A stretch of DNA of 63,950 nt, the filler included, from Reclinomonas americana ATCC 50394 (Eukaryota): the NCBI GenBank assembly GCA_048213135.1. It is 7 parts of 3 records of this genome, joined end to end, with 100 filler letters (N's around TTAATTAATTAA, not from the genome) between each part and the next. Parts side by side here need not be neighbours in the genome. Positions count along the whole stretch, not along the records: positions 59,666 to 62,761 come from PS015028.1; positions 62,862 to 63,950 come from PS015042.1; 5 more parts are not named here. The stretch is one strand, 5' to 3'. A model generated the notes under the pieces. That model did not search any database and was not told where the DNA came from. It saw only the letters and a program-made list of their open reading frames with translations. Positions 59,666 to 63,950 of this stretch are shown one piece after another (the stretch's first letter is position 1; each line of letters starts with the position of its first letter). Made by a program: the position numbers and the translations under genes.

Positions 59666-61092
59666 GGTGGCAGAGGCGGCGGGGCGACGGGATCAAGCTT
59701 CACCACATCCTCGGTGCGTCGAGAAGTGCGTTCATCGACACTTGTTGTTGGCAGCGGTTTCTGTCTCTCCGACATCTGCGACGCGCCAAAGTCAGCGCAC
59801 ATCAATGTCGAACAGAATGCACACACGCATACACACCCGCGGCTGTGCGAGCTCTGCGATGGAGGCACTCTGACACACGTCGGCAACGTCGAACATGTCC
59901 ACCACTGGAATGCACGGGATCACGGGTGAACTCGGCACGAGTTTGTAGGCCAGATCGCCCACCGTGCTGCCGAGGTTCAGTTTGCGCGCGTGTCGGAAGT
60001 AGTGTGGATTGGCTTGCTCGAAGACGTTGCCCTTGGGGAGTGCAGGGCTGCCCTCCGGCTGACCGACAATCGAAACGGGTGCCGACATGTCAGTACCGGC
60101 GTCTATGCATAACTAGCGTGGCGCCACGACACTAGAGACGTACCAAGGTAACATGTGCCGTCCGGAAGCGGTGTAGAACAGCGGCGTCGCGACCACGAGT
60201 CCGCTTTCGCATGCGGTTCCCCTGCTCCCGATACGGAACATCGATGGTGTGAAACCAGACCTCTTCCGAAAGCGAAGAGATGGCACGAGACAGCTCGTCC
60301 ACATATGGCGGCATCGACGCCAACACTTCAAGCGTCCTACAAACCGCACCACGGAACGAGTGAGCAAGTGAGCGAGAGAGAGAGAGAGAGAAGATGGAGA
60401 ATGTCGCAACTCTGGTCGCGGAGTCACCACCAACTTGGGTGAGAGTGGTCGCTGCATTTCCTCAGCCGGCAGCGCCATTTCGGCATCCCTCGACACACCG
60501 GTAGATTTTGGACGCAACAATTCCGGTAGCGGCACACCACTGTCGTTCTCCGCTTCGGCGTCCTCATTCGTAGCCGGCAACATATCTTCGTCCTCGCCGA
60601 CGCCGCTGACGCCGGCCGACTGCGACGGCTGACACGCTGATCCAGGATCGAGAGAAACAGCAGGTCGTCGCTCCCCAACCTGGGACTTGATGTCGCTCAA
60701 CTCGCTCATCTGCGACATGCTGAACTCACTCGCCGTTGGTGCACACTGGCGTGACGAACCCAACAACCAATGTTAGCAAATGCACTCAAAAAAAGCGCAT
60801 AGAACACGGAGGCGACCAACCAGTGCGCTGGCAAGAACGCCTCGTGCACCTTGCTTCGTCACATCAGCCATCGCTTCATCACTGTCGTCGTCGTCGTCGT
60901 CGTCACCATCCTCCGCACCGTACTCGCGAAGAAGAAGCAGCGCCTGTGACATATCCGGGTCGTCGCTGTCCGGGGTACTGTCTGCATCGGTGCCGACGGC
61001 CGGCTTTGCCTCCACCGACGGCACGACCTGTTTGTCAGCCACGGTACTTGCCGCTGCACTGGCCACTGGCGTCACGGACTCATCTTGCTCCT
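59666..61092 (-). CDS. Unknown low-complexity protein, internal fragment
   Basis: Minus-strand exons with GT-AG boundaries (SSLSEEVWFHTIDVPY; NVFEQANPHYFRHARKLNLG), ending in poly-Pro at the gap. Confidence 0.5.
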
Positions 61093-61913
61093 NNNNNNNN
61101 NNNNNNNNNNNNNNNNNNNNNNNNNNNNNNNNNNNNNNNNNNNNNNNNNNNNNNNNNNNNNNNNNNNNNNNNNNNNNNNNNNNNNNNNNNNNNNNNNNNN
61201 NNNNNNNNNNNNNNNNNNNNNNNNNNNNNNNNNNNNNNNNNNNNNNNNNNNNNNNNNNNNNNNNNNNNNNNNNNNNNNNNNNNNNNNNNNNNNNNNNNNN
61301 NNNNNNNNNNNNNNNNNNNNNNNNNNNNNNNNNNNNNNNNNNNNNNNNNNNNNNNNNNNNNNNNNNNNNNNNNNNNNNNNNNNNNNNNNNNNNNNNNNNN
61401 NNNNNNNNNNNNNNNNNNNNNNNNNNNNNNNNNNNNNNNNNNNNNNNNNNNNNNNNNNNNNNNNNNNNNNNNNNNNNNNNNNNNNNNNNNNNNNNNNNNN
61501 NNNNNNNNNNNNNNNNNNNNNNNNNNNNNNNNNNNNNNNNNNNNNNNNNNNNNNNNNNNNNNNNNNNNNNNNNNNNNNNNNNNNNNNNNNNNNNNNNNNN
61601 NNNNNNNNNNNNNNNNNNNNNNNNNNNNNNNNNNNNNNNNNNNNNNNNNNNNNNNNNNNNNNNNNNNNNNNNNNNNNNNNNNNNNNNNNNNNNNNNNNNN
61701 NNNNNNNNNNNNNNNNNNNNNNNNNNNNNNNNNNNNNNNNNNNNNNNNNNNNNNNNNNNNNNNNNNNNNNNNNNNNNNNNNNNNNNNNNNNNNNNNNNNN
61801 NNNNNNNNNNNNNNNNNNNNNNNNNNNNNNNNNNNNNNNNNNNNNNNNNNNNNNNNNNNNNNNNNNNNNNNNNNNNNNNNNNNNNNNNNNNNNNNNNNNN
61901 NNNNNNNNNNNNN

Positions 61914-62761
61914 GCCAGCGCCGCCGGCACCGCCGGCATTGCCGCCTCTGTTGGAGACCGGAGCCACAGGCAGTCTGCCGCCCCTGCCGGAGGTGGTCCC
62001 TGCTGGGGCTGGTCCGTTAGGTGGAGAAGTGATCGTCGATGTATCGCTTGTCAGCGTCGACTCTGTTGCTGTGGAGACCCCTGCAGCAGGAACCGCAACG
62101 CCACCGGTGAGTGTTGCGGACTGCAGCATCATTGATAGAATCTGTGACACGCCACTTACTGGTCGTCTGTTGTGTGCCCCGTAACACAGACTGCAGACGT
62201 GCAGATGGTGTGTGTGTGTGTGTTTGCTTGTTGACCATCCTTCTCATTCTGTGCAACATTTTCTCACTGCTTTGTCGTGCAGGCGGAGTCAGCGCATGTG
62301 TCACCGGGAAAACCTTTACCGGCGACAGTGGAGCAGGTCACCGCAACAGCTGCCGTCCCAACTGCCGTCTCACGCCCAGTCGAGGTCAGTTTTTTTGTTG
62401 TTTTGTCTTGCCATGTTCGCTGCCACCCATGTTACTGGCGTGCAGGACGCTGATGACGAGTCCGACAAGAGCATCCACGATGAAAGTCAACCACCTGCTG
62501 TTTCCCGACCTGTGCGACGCACCGAGCGAACTCCGAAGCCAAAGTCCAAGGCTCTTCCGGCCTCGAAGCCTCCACCGCGCAACAGCCGCTCGGCAACTGC
62601 CCAGTTGTCTTCGTCATTACTGACAGTAACGCGAGCGTCCTCGTCCCCGGAGAGTGTTCGCGATGCTGACGACGAGACGCCACCGCCGCCACCACTACCA
62701 CTACCACCACCACCACCACCACCACCGCCACCGCCAACGGCGGCACCGCTGGCGACAATGA
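61914..62761 (+). CDS. Unknown Pro-rich protein fragment, probably the continuation of 59666-61092 in the opposite orientation
   Basis: Plus-strand exons PAPPAPPALPP...ATPP|AESAHVSP...PVE|DADDESDKS with GTGAGT/GTCAGT donors and CAG acceptors. Confidence 0.45.
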
Positions 62762-62861
62762 NNNNNNNNNNNNNNNNNNNNNNNNNNNNNNNNNNNNNNN
62801 NNNNNTTAATTAATTAANNNNNNNNNNNNNNNNNNNNNNNNNNNNNNNNNNNNNNNNNNNN

Positions 62862-63440
62862 TTCGTACCCGCCACCACAGGTTGTAAGCCATTTGCAGCA
62901 GCACAACGAACATGTCAAGCCGACTGCCCGCACGGTCCGGCTTACTCGGCTTCAGCTCGCCAACCAACACCGGAAAACGTTTGTTGAAAAACAACTTGGA
63001 GGTCCGGTCGCGGGCATGTACGCGTGGACGGGAAAGCAGAGGCATCCGTGTTGATTGTCATCGCAACATCTTTAGCGCACTGCGCAAAGAGATTGATCAG
63101 CATCGTCACTGACCAAACCGAGATCGTAGAAATACGAAGCGCACCGCATTGTTCAGCAAGTGCTCGATTGCTCCCAATGCCTTGACCTGTAACAGAGATT
63201 CTGAAACCGGTCTCTCAGAAAGCGTAATCAGCTGGAGCAAGCCCACTGGACACCACTTGTGAAAATTGACGAGCGGAAGGATGCGAGTTAGCGGCCACAA
63301 TCCCTGGTCGTCAGGTTCTGGAGGTGGTGGCCTCGTAACGAGGTCAGCGGCTTGCACGCTGAATTGAAAGTGCGCAGACGTCTAGAGTGAGTTGCAGATC
63401 TCGGCTGACGCACAGACTCACACATTTACGTACCGACGCT
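62862..63440 (-). CDS. Unknown protein fragment
   Basis: Short coding-like minus-strand segments (LWPLTRILPLVNFHKW; FFNKRFPVLVGEL...LLQMAYNLWWR) separated by probable introns. Confidence 0.3.
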
Positions 63441-63950
63441 GCTCCTCAGAGGCTCGTTTTGCATCACTGCATGGGATAGAACGCAAGGATGAGAGGCGCA
63501 GAGGAGAGACAGAGTAAACCAATGGGGAGTGAACAACTTGCAGAGTGAGTGGGCAGCAGGGGAGAAAGGGAAAGCAGAGAACTTCAACGACTTTGGGTGT
63601 GCGAGAAAGGAGACAAGAGAATGCATGCGCGCTGCGCTGCCAGTAAATGAAAGAATCCCTCAACAACGTTGAACATGAGAGTGCATGTGCGCTGCGTGAA
63701 AAGAGTGGGAGACGCAGAAACGAACGACAACAGAAGGTTGAAAACAATCATGAACTGCAGAGAGTCATGATAGTGTACGTGAGAATGGAGGGGTCCACAA
63801 ACAAAAACAATCTGAAGAGAGAGACTGAAAACGAGCAGGCATGCTGGGAGTAAACAAACAGAGAGAAAGAGAAGAAGAAGACGACGACGACGGAGAAGGT
63901 TGAAAACAACCATGAACACAGAGAGAACACAGATCATGCAAAGGGGATGG

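Noticed and set aside
63730-63926. Imperfect ~30-nt direct repeat (AGAAGGTTGAAAACAAYCATGAAC)
   Set aside because: Only two copies in purine-rich intron-like DNA at the window edge; no CRISPR-like periodicity or structure.
1-63950. tRNA, rRNA, transposase/RT genes or CRISPR arrays
   Set aside because: None recognised by eye; a covariance-model scan would be needed to exclude small RNAs.

Overview
Eukaryotic (protist-like), GC-rich, intron-dense draft genome. The window is seven scaffolds joined by artificial 100-nt N/TTAATTAATTAA/N spacers and has many internal N gaps. Genes were reconstructed by eye from GT-AG introns: an ATRX/RAD54L2-like SNF2 ATPase head-to-head with XRCC1, an SCFD2-like Sec1 protein, a HEAT/ARM protein, a secreted CAP + EGF-repeat + SUEL-lectin protein, a FYR-N + extended-PHD protein, an intronless ERF4/GOLGA7-like protein, COX17, a TBC1D15/16/17-type N-terminus, cytosolic HSP90, PIG-Q/GPI1, a PDI-family protein, a PH-domain protein, a homeodomain protein, PPP4R4 and several unknown fragments. 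The standout is the gene at 45467-49811: a D-2-hydroxyacid dehydrogenase with its catalytic motifs intact, which carries a dynein heavy-chain stalk coiled coil plus microtubule-binding domain inserted in-frame into its substrate-binding domain. The second notable signal is an abundant, one-nucleotide-shifted class of 5' splice sites (GTTGCG/GTTGAG/GTTACG/GTTTCG) used mostly when the exon does not end in G. Inverted gene pieces across N gaps are most likely scaffolding errors. All protein family calls come from motif recognition, not from database searches.
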